Assembly (NCBI RefSeq): GCF_006345805.1
Contig: NC_043000.1
Location: forward strand, 11,904,001-11,968,000
Length of the DNA stretch: 64,000 nucleotides
Source of the DNA: Octopus sinensis
Lineage: Eukaryota
Direction of reading: 5' to 3'
Part shown: positions 50,714-64,000 of the stretch, in pieces
Numbering within the stretch: the first letter of the stretch is position 1
Layout: each line of letters begins with the position of its first letter
Notes under the pieces: generated by a model
The model's database searches: none
What the model saw: only the letters and a program-made list of their open reading frames with translations
What the model was told of the DNA's origin: nothing
Translations under genes and position numbers: made by a program

Positions 50714-51149
50714 TGTGTGTACGTGCGCGCGCATGTGTCTGTACGCACGTGCGTGTGTACAAAGAGAGAGACTGTGTCGTGCTGATTCTGACGAGAATTA
50801 TGTTAAGAGTACAAGTGTCTCTGGAATACTCAACCGCTTCCTTATACATTAAGGTAATGAGTGGAGGCGATTCAGCTGACCAAAAGTAAGTAGTTTCAAG
50901 TGGCCGAAGGAACTGCTGTTCATAAATCTGAATACGTTTCCAGCAGAAGCAACTTTTCCGCTGACCGATGGCTTGCGTAAATCTGTTGCTAATCTTAACA
51001 AATTTTCCTCTCTTCCTACCGTCTCTATCCGACTATAAAATTAACTTGATCAAAACACAAGCTTTATTTTCCTTTACATTACAAATAGGAATTCAATAAA
51101 TAAGATAAATAATTCAATTTTTATACAGTAATTCAATTTTATTTGTTTT

Positions 51150-51407
51150 TAGTTCGGTGATGTTGCTCGACTGTCCGAGTTGGATCCTTTGTATCATGAT
51201 CTCTTCTCTGAGGATCCAGCTGGGGTGATGCCTCATGTTGGTCAACCGTATGCCCCATGGTCACAGTGGTTGAAGTATATCGCGGGGATGGGGACTGACT
51301 AGGACACTGCTTTGAGGGTTGCCCAGAACGACTCGAACAAATATAGACAAATGTTAGATGCAGTGACGCACTGCAACGCTGCATGCCCCTATATCTGACC
51401 TTGACCT
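51150..51407 (+). mobile_element. Decayed RTE/RTEX LINE 3' end
   Basis: FGDVARLSELDP...G.P...W...AQND...YRQMLDAVTHC followed by a TGACC(T) repeat tail. Confidence 0.5.
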
Positions 51408-51515
51408 ACAGGAGGAAAATTCGCAGAGTCATTGGAAGGAATAACATGCCGTCAGAGCCGAACTCTGGCCCATAGATGCCCTGAGCACTGAAAGACTTTG
51501 GAACCCTCATATATA

Positions 51516-51894
51516 TACTCTTTTACTCTTTTACTTGTTTCAGTCATTTGACTACGGCCATGCTGGAGCACCGCCTTTAGTCGAGCAAATCAACCCCAGG
51601 ACTTATTCTTTGTAAGTCTAGTACTTATTCTATCGGTTCTCTTTTGCCGAACCGCTAAGTTACGGGGACGCAAACACACCAGCATCGGTTGTCAAGCGAT
51701 TATGGGGAAACAAACACAGACACACAAACATATATACACACATACACGCATATATATATATATACCAAATCCACTCACAAGGCTTTGGTCGGCCCGAGGC
51801 TATAGCAGAAGACACTTGCCCAAGGTGCCACGCAGTGGGACTGAACCCAGAACCATGTGGTAGGTAAGCAAGCTACTTACCACATTCCTGCGCC
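51516..51894 (-). mobile_element. SINE family B nested in the hAT element
   Basis: Homology to family B. Confidence 0.9.
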
Positions 51895-51989
51895 TATAAT
51901 TCAAAATATAAACAATAATAAACCATAAACTAAATTTTTATTTTTCAAAATGAAACAAGACTAACAACAGTAAGAGGAATGTAAATCGT

Positions 51990-52584
51990 TTATTACCTCC
52001 GCCAAGGAAGGAGGTTGTTTTCATCGGCGTTTGTTTGTCCGTCTTTCTGTCTGGGTGCAAAATAACTCATAAAGTTGTGAACGGTATTTGATGAAACTTG
52101 CAGGAACAGTTGTTGATGACACAAAGAACGGATGATGAAATTTTGGTAGTGATCCGAGAATTTTTATGGATTCTTGAAGGATTTTTCATCTGTTATATTT
52201 ACTTCACATGAAGTATTACAATGTTAGTTCTTTGATTATCTCCCTTGAAAACACATTCATCGTTTCCACGGAACCTATGGTGGCGTTGCTGTTTCCAAAG
52301 TTTATTTTTGTTTCTCTATTAGAAAATTTACTCGCGTATCTCTCTTAAAATGAGCTGCTTGGCGGAAGTATGTATGGTGAAACTAGCTTGCTGTTGTCAT
52401 TGATGCATTTTAACTGCTTCAGATGATTCCTGCTTTTAAAGTTTTTTTTAAAAAAATCATATGCCAAGGAAGTTATGTTTTTGCCGACGTTGGTTTGGGA
52501 AATTGGGCGATTTTCAGCATGCGTGTATATGGGTGGAAATGAGCTGCTTAGGGTGGTCTGCACTCTCCGATTGCTTTTCTAGTT
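51990..52584 (+). mobile_element. Helentron-associated (HINE/DINE-1-like) element
   Basis: 5' TTATTACCTCCGCCAAGG subTIR, TTTG/TCTG microsatellite, CTTGGCGGAAGTA inverted copy, 3' GCACTCTCCGATTGC stem-loop plus TTCTAGTT. Confidence 0.7.
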
Positions 52585-53269
52585 TTTTTTGTATACTTTC
52601 ACTTTATAGACATTTGAAAAGTTTCCTCCAGCTTTTTTCTAATAGCAAAGTCTTTGATCAAATCCTCACTATGACACAATAAACACTTCGAAATTATATT
52701 TCCGATCATATAAACCATTTCGAATACTACTGGAGCAAGTTTAAAACTATTTCTTTTGTGCCGTAGACCATTTACCATTTCTGTAATGCTCCCACCTTTC
52801 CTTGATGCCTTAAGTACATGTTTATTTTGCTTAATAGTTAATCCAGTGCTGCATGCAGTATTTGAATTATTTCTTATTCTCTGAGCTATAAGTTCAAATC
52901 CCGCTTTTCATCTTATCGGGGTTGATAAAACGGTATCAATATAAAGTGAGAGATTATCAGAATTAAAACACACACACACACAATCAAAGCAAAAGCAAAA
53001 AAAAAAAAACAATGGACCATATACCACTCGGTGTTTGTTCAATCTTTTTTCCCTTCAGAGTTCAAATCCCGCTAGAGTATAGTAGCAGAATATTCATAGG
53101 TTCTTACTTGTGTCCACTTGGGATGTATTACACCAAATGTAGGACTGAGAGTACAAAAGAAAGTGACAAGTGGTGGTTAAATGCGATTGATAAGGTATGT
53201 CAACTGTATGGCATTTTGTGAATGGGTGCACGAAGGTGGGTCCAGAAAGAAATCAAAAGAAAACACGAT

Positions 53270-53946
53270 AATCTTTTCTACTCTAGGCACAAGGCCTGAG
53301 ATTTTGGGGGAGGGGGCCCAGTCGATTAGATCGACCCCAGTACGCATCTGATACTTGATTTATCGACCCCGAAAGGATGAAAGGCAAAGTCGACCTCGTT
53401 GGAATTTGAACTCAAAACATAAAGACAGACGAAATACCGTTAAGTATTTCGCCCGGCGTGCTAATGTTTCTTATTTCTATACTGCCCACAAGGGGCTACG
53501 CACAGAGGGGACAAACAAGGACAGACAAACGGATTAAGTCGATTATATCGACCCCAGTGCGTAGCTGGTACTTATTTAAGAGAGCGGCGAGCTGGCAGAA
53601 TCGTTAGCACGCCGGGCGAAATGCGTAGCCGTATTTCGTCCGCCGCTGCGTTCCGAGTTCAAATTCCGCCGAGGTCGACTTTGCCTTTCATCCTTTCGGG
53701 GTCGATTAAATAAGTACCAGTTACGCACTGGGGCCGATATAATCGACTTAATCCGTTTGTCTGTCATTGTTCTCTCTGTGTTTAGCCCCTTGTGGGTAGT
53801 AACGAAATAGGTACTTATTTAATCGACCCCGAAAGGATGAAAGGCAAAGTCGCTCTCGGCGGAATTTGAACTCAGAACGTAGCGGTAGACGAAATACGGC
53901 TAAACATTTCGCCCGGCGTGCTAACGTTTCTGCCAGCTCGCCGCCT
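53270..53946. mobile_element. Nested family A SINEs in opposite orientations
   Basis: Plus copy 53582-53810 inside a minus copy; TSD GGTACTTATTTAA. Confidence 0.88.
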
Positions 53947-56088
53947 TAAAGAAAACACGATAATGTCGCAAGAATGATTCATTGAGCGCTGCAAGTCAAG
54001 TCTAGATTAGATACAGCAACGAAGGAGTAATCGAGAATGCCAAAGTAAAGATACTGAGGCGCAAGGCTGACAATTTTGAGGGAAGGTGTTTAGACAGTTT
54101 CATCGAAACCAGTATTTGACTAGTACTTTATTTTATCAACTTTGAAAAGATGAAAGGCAAAATCGACTCAGAACGGATTCGGTAGAAATGCCACTAAATA
54201 TTTTGTCTGAAGGCGCTAATGATTCTGCCGGTTCGCCACTTTAATAAAATTAGTGAAGCATTGTACTACAGACACAATGTCTCAAATGTTAGGGAGAGGG
54301 GTCTTGTCGTTTACATCAACTCCAGTGTTCGGCTGGTATTTGTTTCATTGACCCTGCATGGATGAAAGGCTAAGTTTGCGGAATTCAAAATTTATGGCGT
54401 TGGGTCAAAATATATCAATATATATATGTATGTATGTATAAATGTATGTATAAATGTATATGTATGTGCACAGCCATGTGTATGTGCGTGTTTGTCTTTG
54501 TATCTGTGTTTGTCTTTCCAACCATATCATTCGACAACCGGTGTTTGTTCATTTATGTTCCTGCAGCTTAGTGGCTCGGCAAAAATGACTGATAGAATAA
54601 GTACCAGACTTTTAAAATCCCACAAGTACTGGAGTCAGTTATGCTGAATGAAAATCGTTCAAGATGGTGCCCAAGCATGGCCATAGTTGAATGACCAAAA
54701 CGAAGAAAGAGGAGGAGGAGGAGGAGGAGAGGGGAAGAAGAAGAAAAAGAAGAAGAAGAAGAAAAAAAAAAAGAAGAAAGTGGAGGAAGAATAGAAAAGG
54801 TGGTGGTAGAGGAGTAGGGGAAAAGAACAAGGAGTGGGGAGAAGGAAAAGAAGAAGGGTAAAGAAAAACAAGGAGGGGAGAGAAGGAGGAGGAAATGATG
54901 TAAGGTGATATAGTCTTTGAAAGTTTAACTGTATTGAGGAACGTGTCAACAATTTGTCTTAGTATATCAACAGAGGTCTTAATTAAGGCTTGTGTTGCTT
55001 TCTATTCCGTCTCTACCCGAATATGTATTTCCGTCCTTCTCCTAAAGTCTTAGCGCCAGGCCTGATGGTGTGGAGTTGCTAATGACTTTATCACAAATGT
55101 AAATCAAGTATTTCCGCTTTAAAAGTAACCTCTTCCTGTTTAAGTTTTTTTCTTCTTCTAAATTCAAAATATTCCCGTGTTTGGATAAAACATTTCAAAA
55201 TATTTCTTATTTTATGTTTTCAGATCTCAAATCATTAATCTAAAGGAGGATATTTTAAAATCTTTTTATACTTATGAGTTTACTTTTTTTTCTAATTTTA
55301 GCACAAAGCCATCAATGTTTTTGAGAAGAGTAGGTAAGTTGATTACATCGACCCCAGTGCTCAACCGGTACTTATTTCATCGACCTAGAAAGGATGAACA
55401 GCGAAGTCGACCACAGTGGAGTTTGAACTCAAAACATATAAAGCTGAGCGTCTTGTCCGGCGTGCTAACTATTCTGCCAGCTTATAAGATTACTTAAGAA
55501 TGAATTATGTTAATGTTTAACAAGTGACAGGTTTAATCCGTTAATGCCGCGAATATCTTAAAGTGATTTCGTTTCATTATATCCTTGGAAGATGCAAAAG
55601 CAGGTGACCTCGTGGTTGTGTGTTTGCTTATGGCTCGCTAATTGATAGAAACATCGTTATCTTCGGCCATACATACAAAACCATGCGGCAACCAAGGCTG
55701 TAGTTAAGCGAAACCGCACTTGCTAAATCGTAGTCGCAGGTTCAAAGGGTTAACTCCTCTCTGGTGATTTCATAAGTGCAAGGAAGGAAATTTGCTTGAG
55801 GGTTGCAAATATTTGTACATACATCAAATCAAATTCAATAATGGAAAAAATAATGTGTCAAGTCAGTCCAGAAATGTTTCTACGTTCATTCGTTTTGGAG
55901 ATGAAGTTTTTCAGGAGGATTTTCAAAGCATTTTTATTGCCACACCCAATCACTCAAAAAAAAAAAAAAAAAAGAGTGGGAGATGCACTTCCACCTCCTG
56001 CACCGCCTATTCTCAAACCAATACCGATCTTATATTTAAATTAAATCAAAACAATTCAGCGATTTAATCCCGACGGTTATATGTATAT

Positions 56089-56312
56089 ATTTCTTTATTG
56101 CTCACAAGGGGCTAAACATAGAGGGAACAAACAAGGACAGACAAACGGATTAAGTCGATTGCATCGACCCCAGTGCGTAACTGGTACTTATTTGATCGAC
56201 CCCGAAAGGATGAAAGGCAAAGTCGACCTCGGCGGAATTTGAACTCAGAACGTAACGGCAGACGAAATACGGCTACGCATTTCGCCCGGCGTGCTAACGT
56301 TTCTGCCACCGA
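56089..56312 (-). mobile_element. SINE family A
   Basis: Homology to family A. Confidence 0.9.
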
Positions 56313-56992
56313 CGGTTACGTGTAGAGCTTTCCATTTAGTTCAAACTAATGGTAACTTTAACCTTGATGTTGTTATGCAACACTCAGGGGAAATACTCTA
56401 TTTGCATATTTTATTCATTAAGTTGAAACTCATGTTTTAAGAATTTTTTTTTGTTCTTGGATAAGTTTAGTTTATCACCGGTTTAAACCAAGAACGCAAA
56501 GAACTTGAACAAATGCTACCGTGCATTTCGACCGATACATTGATGACTCTACTAATATCCTGCCCTAAACTAGGGTTTTATTTAACAACTCCGAATGGAT
56601 GAAAGCCAAAACTGACTTCGGCATTTATGGACCCTGACATGATAAAAAGGCAAAGTTGTTTTTCGATCATTCAAAGCTACGAAAACTATTAGCCCCTACT
56701 TTCATTGTGACAAGAGAAAAGCACGTGACTGTACAATTAGGGACACACTCCTAAGGATACACTATTAGGGATACAGACGCCAGATATCAAGCGTTGGAGA
56801 CGCAAAGACCGACTCGCACTTCCTCGTTCCCTACCAATTTTCCCCTGCAATAAATGCCCTCGGCTCTTCTTTACCATCCTCAGGCACCAGCACTCTTCGA
56901 ACCCATCAAAGCGTAGAGGCTCAATCGCTGGCTGAAGATCTACTACACGGATATGAGTTTACGCCGGCTACGACATTTCGTCTGATGATCAC

Positions 56993-57470
56993 GGTGGCAG
57001 AAACGTTAGCACGCCGGGCGAGCTGCTTAGCAGTATTTCGTCTGCCACTACGTTCTGAGTTCAAATTCCGCCGTGGTCGACTTTGCCTTTCATCCTTTCG
57101 GGGTCGATTAAATAAGTACCAGTTACGCACTGGGGTCTATATATGTTTCTTTACTACCCACAAGGGACTAAACATAGATGGGACAAACAAGGACAGACAA
57201 AGGGATTAAGTCGATTACATCGACCCCAGTGCGAAACTGGTACTTAGTTTATCGACCCTGAAAGGATGAAAGGCAAAGTCGACCTCGGTGGAATTTGAAC
57301 TCACAACTCAGAACGTAACGACAGACGAAATACGGCTACGCATTTCGCCCGGCGCGCTAACGTTTCTGCCAGCTCGCCGCCTACTGAGGTCGATGTAATC
57401 GACTTAATCCGTTTGTCTGTCCTTGTTTGTCCCCTCTGTGTTTAGTCCCTTGTGGGTAGTAAAGAAATAG
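56993..57470. mobile_element. Nested family A SINEs in opposite orientations
   Basis: Minus copy 57146-57381 splits a plus copy at ACTG(G/A)GGTC. Confidence 0.88.
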
Positions 57471-58173
57471 GTAGTAAACTGTAAAACATTGCTCTCAGTG
57501 CTTCAGCTCCCTCCCGATCGTCGAACATAAGCCTGTGTCAAGCGTTGTTAGTACTTTACAAGTGTATCTTCCCGGAAAATCTGATGTTCTCTGAACACCT
57601 ACATTGCTCATGTTCGTTGAATTTGTTTGTTATAGATATAATAACGAATTGAATTTAGAAGATGCGAATCACAAATGCGTTTGAAAACAATGTTTTTTTT
57701 TTTTTATCAGAAAATGTTGTTGTTGGGCTGTGTTAGAAATCAGTGCTACGTCAGAAAATGGTTGTATGTTAGGTTTTTATCTATGTAAACGGAATTATTT
57801 GTAAAAACTGTGTTATTATACCATTGCGGTTGTTTAGCCGCTGGTCATACTTGATCGATCTGATTTTTGAACGAAGTTGTTTCACATGTAAGCATCTTGT
57901 CATTTTATTCCAACACATTTATATCATTGTTTAATTATTTCTCATTAATTGTGTGTTTTTTTTTTTTTTTTTACTGTTCCTTTCATTATATATGTTAGCA
58001 TTAATTAAAATATTTATTTTTCATACAAACGACGCTCCAGAATTGTTTATTCTCTAAACAATTCAATTTTTTTTTTACACTAATCCATTTACAATCTTGT
58101 GTAGTTACTCGCAATCTTCCCATCACTACTTTGGGGAGCAGAGTTCAGGCTAGACTTCAGTAATGAGGTCATA

Positions 58174-58704
58174 CCGTAAATCCTCGAGTATAATCCGCAT
58201 TTTTCCCCCAAAATTTAAAGCTCAAAATCCCTAGTGCGTACTATATACGAGGTTAAAAATGAAAATTATTTTCTTAGCAATGTCCGAGTCTCTATTTGCT
58301 GTCCGGCAATGTTTATTCAGGCGCATTTTGTGATGTCGTGCGCAAAAATACCTTAAATCATCCATAACTTGCAGTTAGCAACATTGATTAAACGTTATTA
58401 CTGTTATTTCTTTCATATTTCGTTTTTGGATTTGGTTTGCAAGCTCCTTTATATGAGTTCGTGTGTTGAAGCATATTCTGTTGTGTCTGGGGAGAGTAAT
58501 TTTCTTTTTGTGCCTTATAATGTAACACACTCACCGGTAAAATTTCCAACATTTTTACAAACCAATGACGTTATATAGACCTCCTTGACTCAAGTTAGAG
58601 AAGGGGTGCGTATTATACACAAGGTTTAGGTTTTTCAGAGGTACAACCCCTAAAAATCCCCTGCATATTATACTCAAGGGCGGACTATACTCGAGGATTT
58701 ACGC
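58174..58704. mobile_element. Tc2/pogo-type MITE
   Basis: TIRs CCGTAAATCCTCGAGTATAATCCGC / GCGGACTATACTCGAGGATTTACGC; TA TSD. Confidence 0.85.
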
Positions 58705-59552
58705 TAATTAAACATTACCGAACCAGTCGGAAAAGAAAATAACATTCATTACTACTACTGTTTTTCCATAACGCCTAAATATTTGACCTTTTTCTTTTGG
58801 TCTGGAGAAAGGCCATGTCCGTCACTGACCCTTCGAGATAAATCGATGTGGTTTATGTCCTCGAACTACAAGTTGATGAACTCAAGGGAAAATGTTGGCT
58901 AGGGAGGATTATTCGTTCTGGAAAAGAAGCATTGGATATGGTGGTTGTGCGAGGCCTAGGAAGAAGTAGACACAATATGGGTAAAGAAAAACGGGGTGAC
59001 ACTTGATTCCGGTGAACCTTGGTAACGGTGACATGAGGCTAGCAAGCCTAGAGGTGAAGCAAGACAGTATAACGGTACAGGTAACATAGGATATGTAAAA
59101 ACTTGCAAAATAAAGGCAGTCAAAAGGGAAACAAGGCTCATAGACGATATAAATAAAGATAGAGAACAACAGAGAGTTTTAAAAAATTGGAAGAAAAGCT
59201 GATTACTAAGAAAAACAATACCATTTACTTGCTTGGTAAAAATGATAAAAGACTTGGACAAAATTTTGTAGAAATCTGTATTATAACACAAAAGATGAAT
59301 CGTGTGAGGATCACCCTTTTTTTTACCAGTGCTTGAAGTTACCGACTGAGAAGCGAGGTATATATTCACACAGGTGAGTTCAAATTCCACGGAGGTTGAC
59401 TTTGCCTTTCATCCTTTCGAGGTCGATAAATTAAGTACCAGTTGCGTACTGGGATCGATGTAATCGACTTAATCCCTTTGTCTGTCTTTATTTTCCCCCT
59501 CTATATTTAGCCTCTAGAAATTTGTATTATAACACAAAAAATGCATCGTGTG

Positions 59553-59845
59553 TCTATCGGTGTCTTTTGCCGAATCGCTAAGTTACGAGGGCGTAAATAC
59601 ACCAACATCGGTTGTCAAGCGGTGGTGGGGGACAAACACGGATACAAAGACATAGATATATGTATAGATATATATATATATATATGACGGACTTCTTTCA
59701 ATTTCCATCTAACAAATTCATTCACGAGGTTTTGGTCGGCCCGGGGATATAGTAGAAGACTGTTGCCCAAGGTACCACGCAGTGGGACTGATCCCGGAAC
59801 CATGTGGTTGGGAAGCAAGCTTCTAACCACACAGCCACGCCAACG
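59553..59845 (-). mobile_element. SINE family B, partial
   Basis: Homology to family B. Confidence 0.8.
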
Positions 59846-60027
59846 CCCATGAAGATTTTTGCAGCTTTAATAAATGCATATTACTCTACCTTCGGTATTC
59901 GAGTACTATTTTTTTCAACTTGTTTTGCATTCGTGCGTATGTAGTCATATTGTCGATGTCAAATTCTGTTTACAGTTAGAAGAAAATCCATGTATAGTAA
60001 CAGTATTTTCTATGAGAGAAGCAGATA

Positions 60028-60268
60028 AAGGGTTGGCCCAAAGTCACCTGACAGTAAATCAAAACCCATTTAATTCCAAGACTAAAACAAAAAATTATTT
60101 TATATGAGACTTGGCTAATAAATAGACAAATGTTGAGAAAAAAAAATGGCGATTTTAACTCACAGCATTCAATTATTAAACATTCATAACTGGAATGAAT
60201 AAATAAAATTGAATATCAGGTGTTTATGGAAGTTTGATCTACTGTCGGGTGACTTTGGCCCAACCCTG
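60028..60268. mobile_element. Tc1/mariner-type MITE
   Basis: TIRs (C/A)AGGGTTGG(G/C)CCAAAGTCACC(C/T)GACAGTA; TA TSD. Confidence 0.8.
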
Positions 60269-60276
60269 TATATATA

Positions 60277-60574
60277 TACCTTCTCCTCGACTAACGACCT
60301 ATGCATCTTACGACCATCCGCAGTTACGACTACAATCAATAAATAAATAAAAACGATTTTCGGACGTTGGGCAGTTGCGCGTTCGATAACTATGGCAGCA
60401 TCTGACAACGCAGGCCTCTCTCTCAGACCCAGGCATCCACTGCCTGCTATTCATTGTCCTTCACTCAGTCGCTTTCAAGCATCAGCTGCGTTTAAATGAA
60501 GTTTTGAAAATTATAAACCCTGCATACGACCTGTCAGTCGGTACGGAAATCGGTCGTAAGTCGAGGAGAAGGTG
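60277..60574. mobile_element. Tigger/pogo-type MITE
   Basis: TIRs ACCTTCTCCTCGACT(A/T)ACGACC; subterminal TTACGAC repeats; TA flanks. Confidence 0.8.
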
Positions 60575-61499
60575 TATATATATGGAGTAACTTTACATTA
60601 AGGAGTGGAACGTAGAATTTTCTGTATGTCAGACAGTCTCATAGTCCCGATATATATAATACAAACTAGCAGAAGACTGTTCACTTCCATCCATCTATCA
60701 ATCTGTCGATCTATCCATTTATCCATCTGTTCGGCCATTTATCTTCCCATTTAGTCAGTCAGCCAGCAAGCATGGCTGTCCAGTTATCTATCAAATCATC
60801 CAGCGAACCATCCATCCAGCACTTCAAGTTATCTAACCGTCCATTTTTCTGACCTTCAAGTCTTCTAATCACCTAGCCATTCCTTAATCTCGCCATCAAG
60901 TTATCTAAGCATCTATTACCCCACCACCACCCAGACATCTTTAAAATTCGTCCATCCAGTCAGACATTAAGCCAACCGGGCCAACAAACCGGCCAGGCAG
61001 CCAGCCAGCCAGCTAGCCGGCCGAACCAGTGAACCAGACACACAACCAGACACACAACCAGCTTGCAAGCCATCCTGTCAGTCAGTTAGGCGTTCTGTAG
61101 GACTATTCACACGAGCGATTGACTGTCAGCCCGTCATCCTCGTATCTAACCGGACGCCGCCTGTCTGGCTAGTTAGGGTTTGCCCGGCTATAAATACACG
61201 TCAGTCAGATGACCTATATTAAAGGAATGAATATCATGGTGGACAACGGCAGTGGTGGTAGTGGTGGTATTGGAGTGGTGGGGTTTGGGGGGGGGATAGG
61301 GTGTAGATGAATAACATACATTCGCCTGTTCTTACGTCTGTCTGTTTGTCTTTTCTGGCTGATTTGTCTGTATTTCTCTACCTTTATCAACACGCATGTA
61401 TGAATACAAATATGTGTGTATGTATATATATATTGCATATACATTTATATTGTATGTGTGTGGGAGTATTTCATATATCTATACATAAATACATGCACA

Positions 61500-61532
<33 letters not shown>

Positions 61533-61537
61533 GTCTG

Positions 61538-61573
<36 letters not shown>

Positions 61574-61585
61574 CCTATCTATCTA

Positions 61586-61621
<36 letters not shown>

Positions 61622-61744
61622 CATACATTTATATTTTCACGTACATGTATGCATGTATATATGCATATATGTATATATATATATTATATATATATATACA
61701 CACATACACTCACATATATATAGTAGAAGATACTTGCCCTGCGT

Positions 61745-62128
61745 AGCATCTTGGGCAAGTGTCTTCTACTATAGCCTCTGGCCGACCAAAGCCTTGTGAG
61801 TGGATTTGGAAGACGGAAACTGAAAGAAGCCCGTCGTGTATGTATGTATATATATATATATATATATAATATATAATATATATATATATATATATAAGTA
61901 ACACACGTATGTGTGTGTATATGTTTGTGTTTGTTTGTCCCACCCCCCCACAATCGCTTGACAACCGATGCTGGTGTGTTTACGTCCCCGTAACTTTGCT
62001 GTTCGGCAAAAAGAGACCGATAGAATAAGTACTAGGCTTACAAAGAATAAGTCTTGGGGTCGATTTGTTCGACTAAATGCGGTGCTTTAGCATGGCCGCA
62101 GTCAAATGACTGAAACAAGTAAAAGAGT
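61745..62128 (+). mobile_element. SINE family B, 5'-truncated
   Basis: Homology to family B. Confidence 0.85.
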
Positions 62129-62248
62129 ATATATATATATTATATATATATATATGTATATATTACATATATATAACATATATATATATAATATATATTA
62201 TATATATATATATATATAATAATACATATATATATATATATTATATAT

Positions 62249-62359
<111 letters not shown>

Positions 62360-62973
62360 TACATGTATATACATATACACACACACGCACACATATACAT
62401 ATATATCTTTTATTTGTTTTAGTGATTTGAGTGCAGACATGCTGAGCTACGACCTTGAAAACGCAAATACACACACACACGTGTGTGTGTGGGTGTTCAT
62501 ATATATATATTCACATATACATGCAAACACATACACACTTGCTCACGCGCACTTACGCACTCACACATACCAAAGAGAGTGAGGCCGTCAGTATTCCAGG
62601 AACTCACTGACACAAAATATCGCCACACCAATATGTGGTTACAGCAGTGACGTAGACGCCATCACAAAGTATGTATGTACGTACGTACATGTGTATGTAT
62701 GTATGTATGTATGTACGTACGTACATGTGTACGTATGTATGTATGTATGTATGTATGTATGTATGTATGTATGTATGTGTGTGTGTATGTATGTGTGTGT
62801 GTGTGTGTATGTATGTGTGTATGTATGAATGTATGTGTGTATGTATGCATGTATGTAGTCGTCTATCATTTTGTGTCATTTGTCTTAGCTTGATTTTGTT
62901 TAAATTATGCAAATTAAGTAAGCCATAAATGTACACTACTCCTTTTTATATACGTCTAACTCCCTTGGCTACA

Positions 62974-63047
62974 GGAGATAATGTAGGACAACTGTCGTGC
63001 TGACGATTGTTTATAGAGGCAGAAACATGTCACCATGACTTATCTCC
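62974..63047 (+). ncRNA. Type-I hammerhead motif with extended, bulged stem I
   Basis: GGAGATAA..GTCGTG-CTGACGA-T-TGTTT-ATAG-AGGCA-GAAA-CATG-TC-AC-CATGAC-TTATCTCC; palindromic ACATGT. Confidence 0.65.
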
Positions 63048-63725
63048 AGACAATAAGCTTGTCGTTTTCCTTGATTACATGTCAGCTTAAAAGAATTCTT
63101 GATTCATGAGATTATCCCCCACTTCTCAAATGGATCTGGTCTTAATTTCTATTTGGTAATTATGACACATGCTCAAGAGGCGGAGGTAATAGTTTGTTTT
63201 TAATACAATTGTACAATATAGAATTTCTTCAATTGGAATTTACCTATGATTTTTCGAAGTAGATTCGATTGGGTCATGGCATATACATTTTTTTCAATTT
63301 CCCCCCCCAATTAAGCAAAAATTCGAGAAAACTCAATATTTTACCATTTGCCTCTCTCATTTCAAATGCTTTACTCCTGCTATTACCACAGTTTCTCCTA
63401 CTTTCTCTTTGCAAGTGTATACCACTATCATATCCTCTTTCTGCAACTCTTATTCAACATCACACATTCTGCTACTTTCTCTTGTTAATGCTTAAACCAA
63501 TCCTCAAAAAAAAAAAAAAGGAAATAGAGATCTGTCGCTAACTTTTTGTAGTATTCATTGGCGAGCGTACTTCAGTTGTCAATTGTTGAAAGAAAGAAAT
63601 TGTAAGCTAAGAAGGTGTGTGTGTGTGTATGTGTGCGTGTGTGTGTGTGTAGGAAGTGAAGGATAAGAATATGGCAAGAAGTGGACAGATGTACATATAT
63701 ACATACATCCATACATACATACATG

Positions 63726-63756
<31 letters not shown>

Positions 63757-63774
63757 GTATTAATGTGTGTGTTA

Positions 63775-64000
63775 TCTCTCTATATAAAGCTGAAGTTGTC
63801 TGTGTGCGGCAGGTTTGGTAGCCTTCAACTAACACTATCTCCTCCGAGACCCTGCGGCGCAAGTTGACCAAAATTGAGAGTATGATAGAAGAAGGCTTGC
63901 TCTTCCTTCCGTAGGAAATAAAATTCAAATCGGACCATGTTAACACCAAAAATTATTTACATAAAAAAAGTGCCTTTTTCTATGAAAATCCCTATTTTTT
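63775..64000 (+). mobile_element. Non-autonomous Helitron, cut by the window end
   Basis: Reverse-complement homologue of 4132-4530; starts A|TC. Confidence 0.8.

Larger units (their letters stand above)
51453..52851. mobile_element. hAT non-autonomous element carrying nested insertions
   Basis: Both ends homologous to 4731-5536; TSD CATGCCGT/CATGCAGT. Confidence 0.75.

Noticed and set aside
55533-55753. Possible TTAA-flanked piggyBac MITE (also an end at 43796)
   Set aside because: Left TIR too degenerate to support
56982-57012. CTGATGA...GAAACGTTA
   Set aside because: The GAAA half belongs to an inserted SINE head; stems I and II do not pair
61185-61310. TATAAATA followed by ATG-VDNGSG (actin-like)
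   Set aside because: Stops after 24 codons in GGT-rich sequence; TATA-Inr spacing is wrong

Overview
This is AT-rich eukaryotic DNA, almost certainly intronic or intergenic. Its SINE families, (TA)n/(CA)n/(ATGT)n microsatellites and Helitron-like elements look like those of an octopus (cephalopod) genome; that assignment is my inference. No intact host protein-coding gene is supported, and nearly all listed ORFs are translations of microsatellites or SINEs. The window contains: dozens of tRNA-headed SINE copies in at least 3 families; decayed mariner, hAT, RTE and BEL/Pao fragments; several MITEs with clear TIRs or TSDs; non-autonomous Helitrons; a 39/33-bp minisatellite; and a 100-N gap. The main discovery is about 15 type-I hammerhead ribozyme (HHR) motifs (CUGANGA...GAAA...UH with pairing stems) from about 11 unrelated sequence families. 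Several sit in long inverted-repeat, non-coding elements flanked by (TA)n, an architecture typical of Penelope-like pseudo-LTRs and retrozymes, and some have unusually long, branched stem II. Further candidate structured RNAs are a covarying pseudoknot module and HDV-like ribozyme folds at retroposon 5' ends. All folds were read by eye and have not been tested.
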